41,022 bases of DNA from Catajapyx aquilonaris (GCA_000934665.2 JYFJ02000886.1:62001-103022), one strand, 5' to 3'; counted from the stretch's first letter, positions 23,167 to 35,625 are shown. The notes: generated by a model from the letters alone, not told the origin. Made by a program: numbers and translations.

Positions 23167-24649
23167 TACAGTATGACGCTTTCAGAAGTTGTCTGATACT
23201 TATATTTTGCCTATAACCTTTAATGAATTCATTTTAATAACAAAATTTAAAATTAATCAGGTATTTTTCTGTCTTGGATGTCAGCATTATGAGTGATATG
23301 TTTTTCATATCAAAAGGTTCAATTATGCTGAAAAAAGTGCTTTCAAGCGTAGTTACAGGAGACTGTACAGGTAACATCAATCATAAATCATGGCATGCGT
23401 ACTGTAGAATCACCTAAGGATAAGTAGGCTATAATGAGGGATAATTATTTTCAACACAGCTTGGAAGCGCTTTATGCCGCCGTCAAACAAAATCACTCTC
23501 GACACGTCCGATAGATTTCATGCTAATTATGTGTCAAGTACGAGGCTTACGCCCACGGTGCGAATCGACCGTCATTCTACTAAAACACTTGTGGCAATGA
23601 TCCTGTAAGCAAATGTTTGATATAACGAAAAGGTGGCAAATATGAAATGATGATTGCACTTGACGGCAATGGGCCTATCCATTCTTGCGACCCTTGCGAC
23701 ATTTTTGACATCAAAATTTGATGTACAAACCAGCATTGCGGGCTATTTAGCCAAAGATATTCCATAAAGGATGCACACCTAGGCACTTTGGTGCAATTTG
23801 TACCCTCCACATAATTTATCACCTAATTCCAAGCATCTAATTTTGTAGCCTAAGGGTGCACTGTACTCTTAATTGCATTGTTTTTTCTCTGATACTAAGC
23901 TATTGCTCTTGTAAAATGCATGCAAAAATCTTCACTCGGACTTTTTGGCTCATTCAATAAGTCATGTTAATGTCGTATACATGTCTCGCGATTTTAGCTA
24001 GATGAAGATTAATGTGGCTGACGTGCCTCGTTTCCTGGACGAACGTCTGTTTTCTTTGCCGGCCTGAGGTATAGCGTCGCGTTCAAATTAGTATTCTCGG
24101 AATTCTCAAGAATTGTTGCCCTTAATCTCTAAGCATCGCGTGACCTTAATGCAAATTCGGTGTTAACAGCTATCTCGCTCCGTCCTCATTGTCGTCAGAC
24201 ATGTCCTGGATTCCTACGGTCCGTGACTTCAAACCGTTCTTTAATCGGCGGATTACTCTATGTTATGAGCATGGCATGTCATCCGGAGTGTTATTTTGTC
24301 CATCTTGCCTAGCATGTTGGCAAGTCACTTAATCACTTGACCGTACAGTACCGCAGTGCACCGCAACCTTATTATTTCACAATCAACAGGATATTCCAAA
24401 AGTCTGCTCTAGAAATTTTTCAATTGGCGGGAGAGGGAGTGGGCTTGCACGCTATTGGCTGAAGACCAGGCTTCCCAGCCAATGACATTTCTTCTTTCGA
24501 AACAACCAAGGATCTAAATTAGATTCCGCAAGAGTGAGCGCAGATGGACAGCATTTCTTATGATATTATTGAAGAAGGCTTAAGCACTGCCGTTGCGTTT
24601 TAATATTCATATTAGGCGAAGAAAGTTCTCGACGGATAATTGTGTACCT

Positions 24650-25330
24650 TTAGAAACTTGAAGGATGGAATTCCAAACGAGATCATCAGGCATTCGAAGC
24701 AGCTCCGCAATACAGTGGAAAGGAAGAAAGTGCCTGGAATTACTCCCAGCTCTTTTTTAAAGCGAATGGAATCAAACTCCCCATGTTTATCCTTCGACTA
24801 TAACTTTCCCAAAAATCGCATTATGGCGAGGTGATCCGAGTCTCTGTTTTCGCGCCGCTGCGCTGTGCACAAATTTTGGCACCGTCTCATTTCGAAATGC
24901 ACACGAACTTCTGGCTCTCATTAATATATTCATCTTGGCACTGAGCAAACACCGAATCAGATGATGAGGGATGCTAGGTGGCCCACAGATCTTGCACCAG
25001 AGTCGCTGCTGCCGGACTCTTGGCATCATCCAGATAGCCCTATTCTGATCTATAATAGATGCCCGTGCCAGCAGGATATGTAGGCAATGTTTGGCTACCT
25101 CCTTTTCTCTTGGAGCTAGGTCGTGGCTCCGTAATGGCAACAAGGAAGGCGATAAAAAAGGGAGGGCCAGCACAGAAGACAAGCATCGTAAAGCTGGGAT
25201 CACAGGGGCAAAGTGGTCATCTGGGGTCCCACGAAGGCTCTATTCGCCGACTTTCTACCACCCACCTGCTCTTCTAGACCAGCTAGGGTTACACAGTAGC
25301 ATGCAGACTATCTCTATGTGCTTACTCTAG
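24650..25330 (-). mobile_element. Possible decayed 3' part of an RLE-type (R4/NeSL-like) non-LTR retrotransposon
   Basis: Minus ORF 24787-25203 contains CKICGPPSIPHHLIRC (CCHC-knuckle-like), followed by RNETVPKFVH (RHN/D-xVAKxxH-like) and preceded by IIDQ. No RT or PD..D motif is recognisable. Confidence 0.35.
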
Positions 25331-27046
25331 TCTGCTCACAGCAGGCTGCACTCATGAGATGTACTGTACCTGAAATAAGTTATTGCACTCCCTTGAATGA
25401 GGGCGTACTTGCAGAGTGATTAAGTCTACTATGGCCTCAAGTTTGATCATTACCTTGCACCAACTGTTAGTTCTGCTCCTCTTGTCAAGTCGAGGTCTAT
25501 TTGCATAGTTCTGTGGCATTTCTCAGATGGAAGCCGCCGGGTGAGGATGGTGCTAGTGTAGGGTTAGTCACCATTTAACTGAATAGGTCTGGCTTAAAAA
25601 ATATTTTAATTTGATCAAGGTCACCCATTAATATTTTAATTTTGGTTTAATTTGATTTTACATAATGGACGCTCGACAACTGTATGTCCAAGACTATATT
25701 TAGAAATTCCACCATTATGCCCTTCCCCTTGCCCCCAATGGACCAATCAGACAAGTTTGTAATTTTATTATCCAACTATTGGCACACAAAGAGGGCCAGG
25801 TTCACCCCCAAAAAATCAATAAGTATAGTGTTTATCTATATCGGGCTAATTTTCTATCGCCTTTTGGTTTTATAATCCCCCAATTAAATGTCATTAAATA
25901 AGTGATGGGTAATTATTCTGCTATTGAGTCTTGTACCGTGCCAGTTATTAAAATGCGGTGCTTTTATTGCATTAATCGTTAATAAAAGTTACTGATGCAT
26001 GCATTAGACCGCAAACTATAATCATATGTAAGGTGAGGGCAAAATAGAATCAACAGGCATCATAAATAATCATATTGAATTTTCATGAAACTTTCGCTCA
26101 TCTGGTAATATAATATAGGGCTATTCTTCGATTATTTAGACTCCGCACTAAAGGCCGCGTCCTCGTTAGTCCATTGTTGTCAACAATTAATAACAAGAGT
26201 AGACACCTGAACGTACATTTTGCTTTGGTGCACACCAACTTTCCCAAACGTTTAAGTACTGTACGTAATACAAAATGCACTGGCTGTTACCATTACATTA
26301 AGGCAGTCAGACTTACAATAGTAGGCCTACTGACAACAATGGGCGACAATAATAGTAAAAAATATCTACACTGTCAGTTAAAGGCTTGTGATGCAGTATT
26401 GCACAGGTTGAGTTTCTTGCCCCGCATTATTGTCAGTTTTAATACTCTCTTAAGAAGCATTATCATCATCATCATCCGACTGTACTTCAGATGTCTAAAG
26501 TGCATGCATTCCACAGCATTCCCTTTTTACTCGTACCTATATAGTAGAGCTTTCAAGCATTCTGTGTATTTTAAAAATTTGAAACTAAAGCTTTACCTCT
26601 ACACTCTACAGTCTATATTCCAGATGAGGATTAGGTCTGTATACCTATGATCTATGACCTATAATCTTCCATTAGTTTCTTAATCTTCTTTAGTTTAGGA
26701 ATGCGATGCACCCCTACGTTTATATCATCAGAAGGATACTAGGAATGTAATATGTTTAATTTCATTTCTGTGGTTTTGGTCTTATCCTGAATCCACTTTC
26801 TGAGTTTGTTTTGTAGCTTTAGGTATTCTATTTGACTGCTACATTGAATAAATTACGCAAGAGAGAAAGGAAGACAGAGTGGGTGTGTGTGTGTGTGTGT
26901 TTTGCTTCCGTAATTATATATTGCATTGTTGTGTTATTACTGTTACTTTAAATAATATTAAATATCCCACTTTCTATGTGGGCGCGTGCAGAATGTTACT
27001 ACTGAAATGTCTGTTTTAGTTATCTATTTTTAAACTCTAATAAGCG

Positions 27047-27308
27047 TATTTTGAGCAGTTACTTTTAATGGCTATCAACAGTATAAGCTGCTAATATTAG
27101 GCCGAATTGAATGAGCTATCCAACCCCTGAATAGCAATGAATGTAGTATTGGAAATGGCCCGTTGGAACAATTGGCAGCGAACGTCAATGACAGAACCCC
27201 TTTTTGCAGGCCAGACTCCCTTGCAGGCTTTAAAAAGGATGGGTCCACAAATCCTAATATTAGCAGTTAATACTTTTGATAACCACTAAAAGTAACTGCT
27301 CAAAAGTA
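27047..27308. mobile_element. MITE family C, internal portion
   Basis: Inverted ends ttttgagcagttactttta / taaaagtaactgctcaaaa. Core collinear with 13715-13980. Confidence 0.78.
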
Positions 27309-28656
27309 CTGCAGTGCCCAAATATTGCCGTTTCCATTTGAACAACCTGTATAAACTGGTGTGAAGAGGATAATAATATGAAGTAGGCATTTTGATTTGT
27401 TTTTTACGTTTTAATAAGGTACCGAAAATAACAAAAATCGAAATCAGCGTCCCATGTGAACTGTCTAAATACACTTTTGAAATGTCCTTACACGTTAGAT
27501 TTGGAAGCTGAAATGCTTGATCGCTATTGCACTCGAGGTTATTGATTATTCTGTTATTTCACACCCTGTACATGCACGTAAGTAATGATTAAAGTGCCTA
27601 AGGTTACAAAGTGATTAATGATACCAAGTAAAAGTGGTTGAAGATTTCAGTATAAAAAAAGTTAATAACTCTTTCTGGCGCATACTTGGCGCAGATTTTA
27701 TTTCAATATCTCATCCCTCCTCTTCAGCTCGTATATATGAAATTTAGAGACCTCATCCTGTGGTTCATATTCAAGTAGTCGTTAATTTTCCTTGACCAAA
27801 ACGATGAGCCGCAGGCCATTTTTGCTCTACTTCCACACTCAATTCATAATACTTGAGGTTTGTGTGGCAATCTTTTCACATGAATTCAGATTTAATGGAA
27901 GAGCAGGGTTTATAAGAGTAAATACTGGTTTCCCGAACGGAGTCATTTTTCACGGCTGATAATGGCTGGAAAAAAGGGTGGCACCAAGCATTGGGCCCAT
28001 AGGAGCTTTAAAGTCACTGTGCTCTTTGAATTGTTAACTATTCAGTATGGCGGATACGTGCCGAAAAATTACTTCTCTCTGTTATACGCAAGCCTGTATT
28101 GGTATATTTTCATTCCTAAATCCATTTTAACTACCAAAACAAGAGCGATGTGACTTATTGCACTCTACAATACCGGATGCAGATAAAACATGCAGAGGTG
28201 TCGCATAGTAATATTATATTAATGTGGAGTTGTGCATTTGCATAAAATAATCATAGAGTCTACTCTGCATATGCATAACAAGGCCATTTTGAAATATACT
28301 TCTGAAATGGATAGAGTGTGGGTTTGCTACAAGAATAACACAATAGACTACAGAAGTGATGTTTCTGACTAGATTTTTAAAAATCCCTTTAAAACATATT
28401 GGCATCCATGCCAACTTCAAAAGAGATCTACAAAAATTAAGGTTTTTAGAGTGTTTAGATATAATCACAACTTATATCAATATAATGTTTATACAGTTTC
28501 ACTGAGAATGGTGGGATATACCATTTCGAAAATTGTAAATACAGTAGGTCTACTAAAATCGACTGTATTGTGACGCCCACGACTTTGTCTTGTATTTCGC
28601 CGGTGCAGCAGTTTTGAAATGTAAGGTGACATTCCTTTTAATTGTCTAATTAATCA

Positions 28657-28910
28657 GGGGCGACACGGTGGCCGAGTGGTTAGCGCCGCAGCCTTCCACC
28701 TCTAAGGTCCCGAGTTCGATCCCCGGGTCGGACGGAGGATACTTATGTGGATAGAGTTTCGATGGGTTCTCTCCGTGTTCGCGTGGGTTTTCTCGGGGTT
28801 CTCCCGTTTCCTCCCGCAATCAAAATCCATCACATTACAGGCAAATGATTAAAGTCGGATATTCAAAAGATGATCCCCTAAGAGGCCCAAGGGGCCTATC
28901 ACGGGGTATC

Positions 28911-28991
<81 letters not shown>

Positions 28992-29001
28992 TATTATTAT
29001 T
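28657..29001 (+). mobile_element. V-SINE family S1, copy 2, with expanded (ATT)n tail
   Basis: A box TGGCCGAGTGG, B box GAGTTCGATCCC, V-domain-like core, tail gatcccctaagaggcccaaggggcctatcacggggtatcc, then (ATT)n at 28912-29001. Very similar to 3457-3717. Confidence 0.93.
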
Positions 29002-29056
29002 AATAGTATAATTACGTACACAGCACTGAAAACGTAACCCTTATGATATAAGAGTT

Positions 29057-29122
29057 ATGCGAGTGGGCTGACATGGACAAACATATTGTATTATATGTTT
29101 TTCCATGTCAGCCCACTTGCAT
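29057..29122. repeat. 66-nt near-perfect hairpin
   Basis: atgcgagtgggctgacatggacaaacatat-tgtatt-atatgtttttccatgtcagcccacttgcat. Confidence 0.85.
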
Positions 29123-29427
29123 TCAAATTGGACCGCTCTGGGACATTGCATGCATGTCCTGAGCACGCATTACAAAAATGCCATATAACTGAGCCTCACG
29201 TTGGAGGCACGTTGGAAATATTCAAGCCAGAGTGAGCCAAAATGAACTATAATGGAATCAAGTATTTTTAACTTACCAAAAATGTTTAATAATAAGCATG
29301 TGTGCCTCCTGACATTTTAATACATAATTTTATGCACAAACGGCTTATTCATATATTGTTTAAAAACACAATATAGGCAATATAGGGTTGCCTCTCGGCC
29401 TTATGTTGGAATTATGGAATAGTAGCC

Positions 29428-30034
29428 TAGTAAAACTTCCCTAAGTCGAAGAAAATGATGAGCTTGGTTGGTCACAATGTAAAATAATAGGAAATAAACT
29501 TCCCTAACTCTAATTTCTATAACTCGAAATACAGGCAGGGCCTTACGATGGGATATCAATGCATTTTCAGTCTCCCTATAAGTCCAAGTTCATGTTGGCG
29601 AGTACGGAAAATTGTCTCATTTCCCAGCCGAAGGGTCGAGACTCGAGAGTATAGGCCCAGTATAGGCCACATGTACAGAAAGGCTCAATTTCCCAGCTGA
29701 AGGGTCGACAGTAGGCTATACGTGTACAGAAAGGCTCAATTTCCTGATCTGCGTCTACCAGACGTACGGAAAGAAGTATTTGACTCGATTGTGACAATTG
29801 AATCCTTGAATCTAAGAGTAGGCAAATGTCCATAACTGAGATTTTTTTACACCAAAACAACGAGGAACATTGTTAGTGTGATAGTGACAGTCATTTTTAA
29901 GTTTTGAACACCTTTCGTCGCTGGATATACATGTAGGCTTCCTTATAGAGTTATGTGCTTTAAAAAATCCAAACTTCTCTAACTCGGAAGTTTTTTCCGG
30001 TCCCATGGAGATTCGACTTATAGAAGTTTTACTG
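29428..30034. mobile_element. pogo/Tigger-like non-autonomous element with internal tandem repeats
   Basis: agtaaaacttccctaagtcgaa ... ttcgacttatagaagttttactg-TA. Subterminal aaacttc(c/t)ctaactc repeats. Internal units of gtacagaaaggctcaatttcccagctgaagggtcga at 29602-29775. Confidence 0.75.
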
Positions 30035-30035
30035 T

Positions 30036-30291
30036 ATATCGACTGTCTCCTGCACACTTATTGTATGTCACAAATGCACAGTTTCGAGAAAACAAGACTT
30101 GAAAGTTTAAGCACCTATAGACAAACAATACATCGCAGTTACTATATCTTGTTCGTGTGGCATGGCAACATGGGACAGGCATACCACATTTCTGCAGCTG
30201 GTAGGCACGGTGCTGAGGCATCCCATGGTGCACATATCTCGTTTTTGCTTAAAAGTAGACATACAATAAGTGTGCAGGAGACAGTCGATAT
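30036..30291. mobile_element. MITE with a perfect 34-bp TIR
   Basis: ATATCGACTGTCTCCTGCACACTTATTGTATGTC (30036-30069) and its exact reverse complement (30258-30291). Confidence 0.88.
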
Positions 30292-32372
30292 CTCCTTTCT
30301 TTTATATTCATGAATAGGCAAAAGTTACAAGTAGAAAATTGTTTATTTGAAGCCTCGGCCTTATTCTTTTCATATTATGTGGGAATGATCTGTCAATCCT
30401 GTAATCAAAAGAGTGAATAGTGTCTAAGCACGGCCCTGAATTACAAACTACATACACTGTGGACATGTCAAGGCTGGTATGTAGTGTGTTTACATGAGGC
30501 CCCTGCAGGCAAAGCATAAGCCCGGCCCGCCAATCAGCATGGGATAGGCCTGTCTCTTGCTAGAATAGGTCTCATGTAAAAGGACCTTCAGTCTTGTCTG
30601 CCCCAAAATTTGATCATATACTCGGATTAAATCCCTCGCCTCATTTCTTTACAAATCTTGTGCTAGGCCACTAATTGATATATCCAAGACTGGCAGGCAG
30701 CACTGTAGCCTCTGCATGAATCACCAGATCCATCATGTCAGAATTCACTCACACCTCAGTTTGAGTGTAAAGTACTTTAGCACTTGATTTATGAGTTAAT
30801 TGCATGCGGAATAAACGAACAGCCAATTGGGAAGCAGATATGCATAGGAAGGAAGTCATAAACAAAGTCCATAAAAAGCAGGTTGCAGCTGCATGGCCTT
30901 TGGCATTCCTAACCCACAACCGACCTAAAATCCCACGTTTGATCCGGTCATAGTGCGAGTCTATTAGAGAGGGCGGCCATAACCACGCCAGCCAGCATTG
31001 AGAGGCGGGGGAGGCAGCACCAAATCACGGCTGTCACGAGGAGTGGCCAGGGAGCCACATCAAAGCTGCAACCGAGCGGAGAGCACGGCCATTAGCCGGA
31101 TCGGCTTGCCGACCATCATCCGGATATCGCTTTTTGATTGCAGCCAGCCAGACAGGAAGGCCTCCCTACCCCCTCCTGCCTCCATCTTTGCCTCCCGAAG
31201 AGGACGCCTAGGGACCAACGTGTGTGGCCACTCTCACAAACCATGCGGGCTGTTCATAAATTAAGCTCACCTTTGTATCCTCGCCTGCACCTGTGTATGT
31301 GTCGTTTCATACACGTTTCCCTCTTATTGCATTATGCAGATGGGGAAGGATGGTGCATGGAGATTACAAGGATCTAAGGGTGTGAGGAAACGCTCGAGTT
31401 GTAATCCAAAAGCTATTTTAGAGTTCAAGTAGTAATTGGCGTCACATCACATGCGGGGAGAAGGGACAGTTAAACAATCGTTACCTGTTCACTCCTCATT
31501 GACTCTCGAGTTCGCAACTGGCGCCACCAGTAATTCGGCTCCGAACTTAGAGACTGAATTTCGCACAAAACTATCGGAACTTGTCCAATATGCCTTATTA
31601 TAACTATACTGTGCAGACATCTGGCTGGAATAATAACAACACAAGGCATTGCTCAATATTTTCTCAAAAGTGACATGTCTCTGCCACGCTTTTCAGCCAA
31701 CAGCATATAACTTCAAGGAATACTGCTTTCAGACTGTTTTTGCAACAGTACAGTTGAAAAAGAATGGACTTCATCCAAATTTCAAACACGGACGTAGGAC
31801 ACCAGGCTCTCCCGCAAAGGACTCACGAACAGTCACACCGGCTTGTCACTTTGGGACAAAAAGTGGAAAACGCTCAGAACGCAGCGTGACTTCAAAGTCA
31901 GCCAAGTGCCTATAATGTCAGGTCAAAAGTGGCGTGCGCATTGGCCCCACATACTCTACTTTCCCCTGCCCCGCCACATTGAGCCCACATCCGCATCATA
32001 CGCCCGATCTACTGTTAGCGACACCCGGAGTGGGCATGACATGGGGACAATAGGTTGCCTGGCTGGTTGGCTTTCCGATATGCATGGTACAGATCTTCTC
32101 CAGTTTGTTCTCTGGGTTCCATATACAGTATACATAGGGGTGTGAAAAGCCTGAAATAGCAATCGAAAAATATTTGCCTTTAATTTCGCAAAAAGGTTCT
32201 AGCGAATAAAATCTGTAACTAATAGAGTCGCTATTGAGTGACGTGGTTTCGGACATTACAAACAGAAAAGTGCAATGATTTTATGGGTGGGGGCCCGAAG
32301 CGTTTCACAGGCAGCAGCATCCCAGCGGGGATTCAGTCAGCAAGAAAAATGGAAGAAGAAACAGATACGATA

Positions 32373-32490
32373 ATTTCCATGGCAACCAAAGACTCAAGTT
32401 GCCGCTGAGAGCTAGGCGCGATTGGCCATAAAAGGGCATTCGAGTCCAACGGGCAGAAAAATAGATAAGAAGGGGGGATCTTTGGTGAGT
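32373..32490 (+). promoter_or_regulatory. Possible Pol II promoter and first exon
   Basis: X-box-like atttccatggcaac (32373-32386), ATTGG (32421), TATA-like cataaaag (32427) and splice donor GTGAGT (32485). Motif evidence only. Confidence 0.2.
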
Positions 32491-33252
32491 ATGGGGTGTC
32501 CCCTCCCCCCTCCACCATCCCCGGCTCCCAGAGTGATTCAGTCTGACATACAATAGTTCGAGAGAGAAGAAATTGCTCGAGTGAAATGCAGCCATCGAAG
32601 TACTGCCCAGGATTCAATTATGACATGCGGTGATAACTATACCAACTCACCACCTGCGTGAATTCTAACGTATAAGATACTATAACCGTACTCTCAGTAC
32701 ACGGATGACTGAATTCATAATGCTCTTTTCAATACGACGAGAACGATTTAGCGGTCGTTTCCGAGTCCGTACCGCTTAGGTCTCTGGGTGTATTTTGAAC
32801 AAAGCGGGACATATTTCTTACGAGGCTCTATTGTATAAGCGCAATAAAAAAAATTGAAAGAACATTCGATCCGCTTTCAAAGCCTAGGGATGTATGGTCT
32901 ATAAATCTTATAGCCCGCTCAGTGTATCCCAGGTTTCATTCTACTTGAATATTTGATCGTACTTTACGAGCGCGATTTCCTAAGTCAGATGCAGCTCCGT
33001 GATATTCCTCGCAGGTGCAACAAATGTGTGGCGGGACGATCTGCTTCTTTTTTTTCCTTTTTAGCTCCACTGCATTCAGGAGAAAAACAATATAACTATA
33101 GGACTCGCGAAATATTCCGTGAATGTGTTGCTTTACCTGCAAGTTGCGGTTTACGTTGTGGAGATTATGAGAGCACCGCACGGTATGGTAGTGCAACAAG
33201 TTGGGCCTTACACTAGAAGTTCCATATGTTCCTAGTTAGTGAGATGTAATAA

Positions 33253-33405
33253 AGGTGCGTTTACATGTAGGCCATTTGACGAGCAAAGAGAAGCGAAGTC
33301 TTCGCCGAGGCTGAAATTAACAATCGATTTTCGCCTCAAACAATATTGGTTACTCAGCCTCAACGACGACTTCGCTCGTCAAATCGCCCACATGTAAACG
33401 CACCT
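33253..33405. mobile_element. PIF/Harbinger (Tourist-like) MITE
   Basis: TAA-AGGTGCGTTTACATGT ... ACATGTAAACGCACCT-TAA, with further inner inverted arms. Confidence 0.88.
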
Positions 33406-33810
33406 TAAAAATGGAATACTACATTGGTCTTATATGCAGATTAAGCGGCATTTTCTCTTATGAAATCATTATTTTCCTTTTTCAGGTTCTCAAGTGGCCA
33501 GAAGACCACATGGCTACAGAGGAGGAAAACAGCATGATTTTTTATTCTCTCAGTATCGCGCCGTACTTTTCTCCAGAGACCTTATAGGAACTCATCCCTC
33601 AGCCCCAACCATCGTCTTCACTCTCTTGCCTTCTCACCAAACGGTTTCTTTTCACTCCCGTCTTGTTTTTTTGAATATTGCATCAGATGTGGTGTTTTTG
33701 TGAATTTTTAGGAGTCCAGAAATACACACTATTTACATCAATTTAAATCAAATAACGGGAATGTCCTTTGCAGGTTCCAAGGTTAACCACACTTTACATC
33801 AGTGTATGTA

Positions 33811-34236
33811 CAGTGCTGGACACAATAGCATATAACAAGTGTAAACAACGACTTTGGCGTTACCTGGCAACTGGTCGTGTTCGGACATCGTCATGTGGAG
33901 AGTGCTTAGCGTTCTTTCTGTCGTTGCCACTGGGGACTCCTTCCCGATCATTCAGTAACTCCATGCATCCTGACTAATACTGGAAAGTGACAATAGTGTG
34001 ATAATAACGAATCGCCTTCTCAAAATAATATCCCCCTCAGCCCGCTTATTCCGATGCCATGCATTGGTAAGCATGCACACACCCTTCGTCCCAGCATCAA
34101 TCGCTACCTGTAAACAGTGGCAACGACAGAAAGAACGCTAAGCACTCTCCACATGACGATGTCCGAACACGACCAGTTGCCAGGTAACGCCAAAGTCGTT
34201 GTTTACACTTGTTATATGCTATTGTGTCCAGCACTG
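33811..34236. mobile_element. Tc1-like MITE (family B) with 122-bp TIRs
   Basis: TA-CAGTGCTGGACACAA... (33811-33932) and its inverted copy (34115-34236) followed by TA. The arms look identical and translate identically in the ORF track. Confidence 0.93.
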
Positions 34237-34238
34237 TA

Positions 34239-34380
34239 CTATGGGGCTCAAATTCTTTTGGCCACTTTATCCTGGTCTTGAAGCAACCCTTCACACAAAC
34301 ACACTTCCTCACCGTGGGGCCTGTGCGAAGGGTTGCTTCAAGACCAGGATAAAGTGGCCAAAAGTATTTGAACCCGATAG
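34239..34380. mobile_element. MITE family A, copy 3
   Basis: TA-CTATGGGGCTCAAAT ... ATTTGAACCCGATAG-TA. Shares its left TA with MITE B. Confidence 0.92.
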
Positions 34381-34940
34381 TACGTGTGCGTTTTCAGACA
34401 TTTACATAGAGTTATTAAGATCATTTCTACAATATGCAACACCTTTCCGCTTTATGTTTGTGAAGGTGTTTTAAAACAATAAGGCCACAAACATCATTTT
34501 TTTACCTCAAAAATAACAACTTCCTTCATTCTAAAAGTGGCATCCTTATGGAAATGCTGGGCTCTGTATAAAATAGCGAATAAACTCATAAATCTGAATA
34601 TCAGACCCTCATCTTTCATGAGTGCCTCGTCCGGGAAGCCTATAAATTTTTACCTTGCTACATTTGATACTCCCTCCCCGTCGACCCGCTTGGGATATGT
34701 TATAGCAACCGCAGGAAGTGTTTTCATAGAAGGCGAGAGCTGCAGAAAGGACGTCTGGGATTTCTGCCCCTATTGAAGAGGTAGGTCTTCAGGCCCAATT
34801 TCCTTCCGCTCAAGTGAAAAAAAAAAACATTTTTTTGAAAAATAGCCGGAACATGCACTAAGCGGATCTAAATATTCATACAAGAAGGAAACCACACATT
34901 CACAGCAGAATCCCAACAAAACGCTATCAATTGTTTCTTA

Positions 34941-35625
34941 CAAGGGAACGGTCAGGGTCGAGTACCTCCGATTTGGTTGAAACTGGCTTGAGGGGTCATT
35001 CATGTGCGATAGACACAGTGGTGAAAGTATTAGCTCGCAACGTCCAGCCGTTTCCGAGATATGAGCGCCAGAAACATCCTAATTTTGGCCGCGCGCATTT
35101 GCCGGGAGCCGCTCTGCCAGCTCCAAATCCCTTCTACCTTGATTCCCCCCACATTTTTCGATCCCACGCCACCATCCCCCACTCCCCCACCAACATTTTC
35201 GTTTTCCATAGTTTCTTTGCTCCGGTATTTATTATGAGACCATCAAGCTGCTTTCTTTCGCTTCTGTCAACTGCGAATAAAGAGCGTCTATACCTAAAAT
35301 TGGGTAATGGGTAATGGGAAAACTCATAATAAATACCGGAGCAAAGAAACTATGGGAACCGAAAATGTTGGTGGGGGATGGTGGTGTGGGATGGAAGAAA
35401 GGGGGTAAAGGGGGCGGGGGGAATCAAGGGAGGAGGGATTTGGAGCTGGCAGAGCGGCTCCCGGCAAATGCGCGCGACCAAAATTCGGATGTTTCTGTCG
35501 CTCATATCTCGGAAACGGCTGGACGTTGCGAGCTAACACTTTCACCACTGTGTCTATCGCACATGAATGACCCCTCAAGCCAGTTTCAACCAAATCGGAG
35601 GTATTCGACCCTGACCGTTCCCTTG
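34941..35625. mobile_element. Foldback DNA transposon with about 300-bp TIRs and a 3-bp TTA TSD (superfamily uncertain; Academ-like or PIF/Harbinger)
   Basis: TTA-CAAGGGAACGGTCAGGGTCGA ... TCGACCCTGACCGTTCCCTTG-TTA. Arms 34941-35238 and 35323-35625, 84-bp spacer. Confidence 0.9.

Noticed and set aside
30900..31380. GC-rich stretch with short ORFs
   Set aside because: No domain, termini or second copy was identified.
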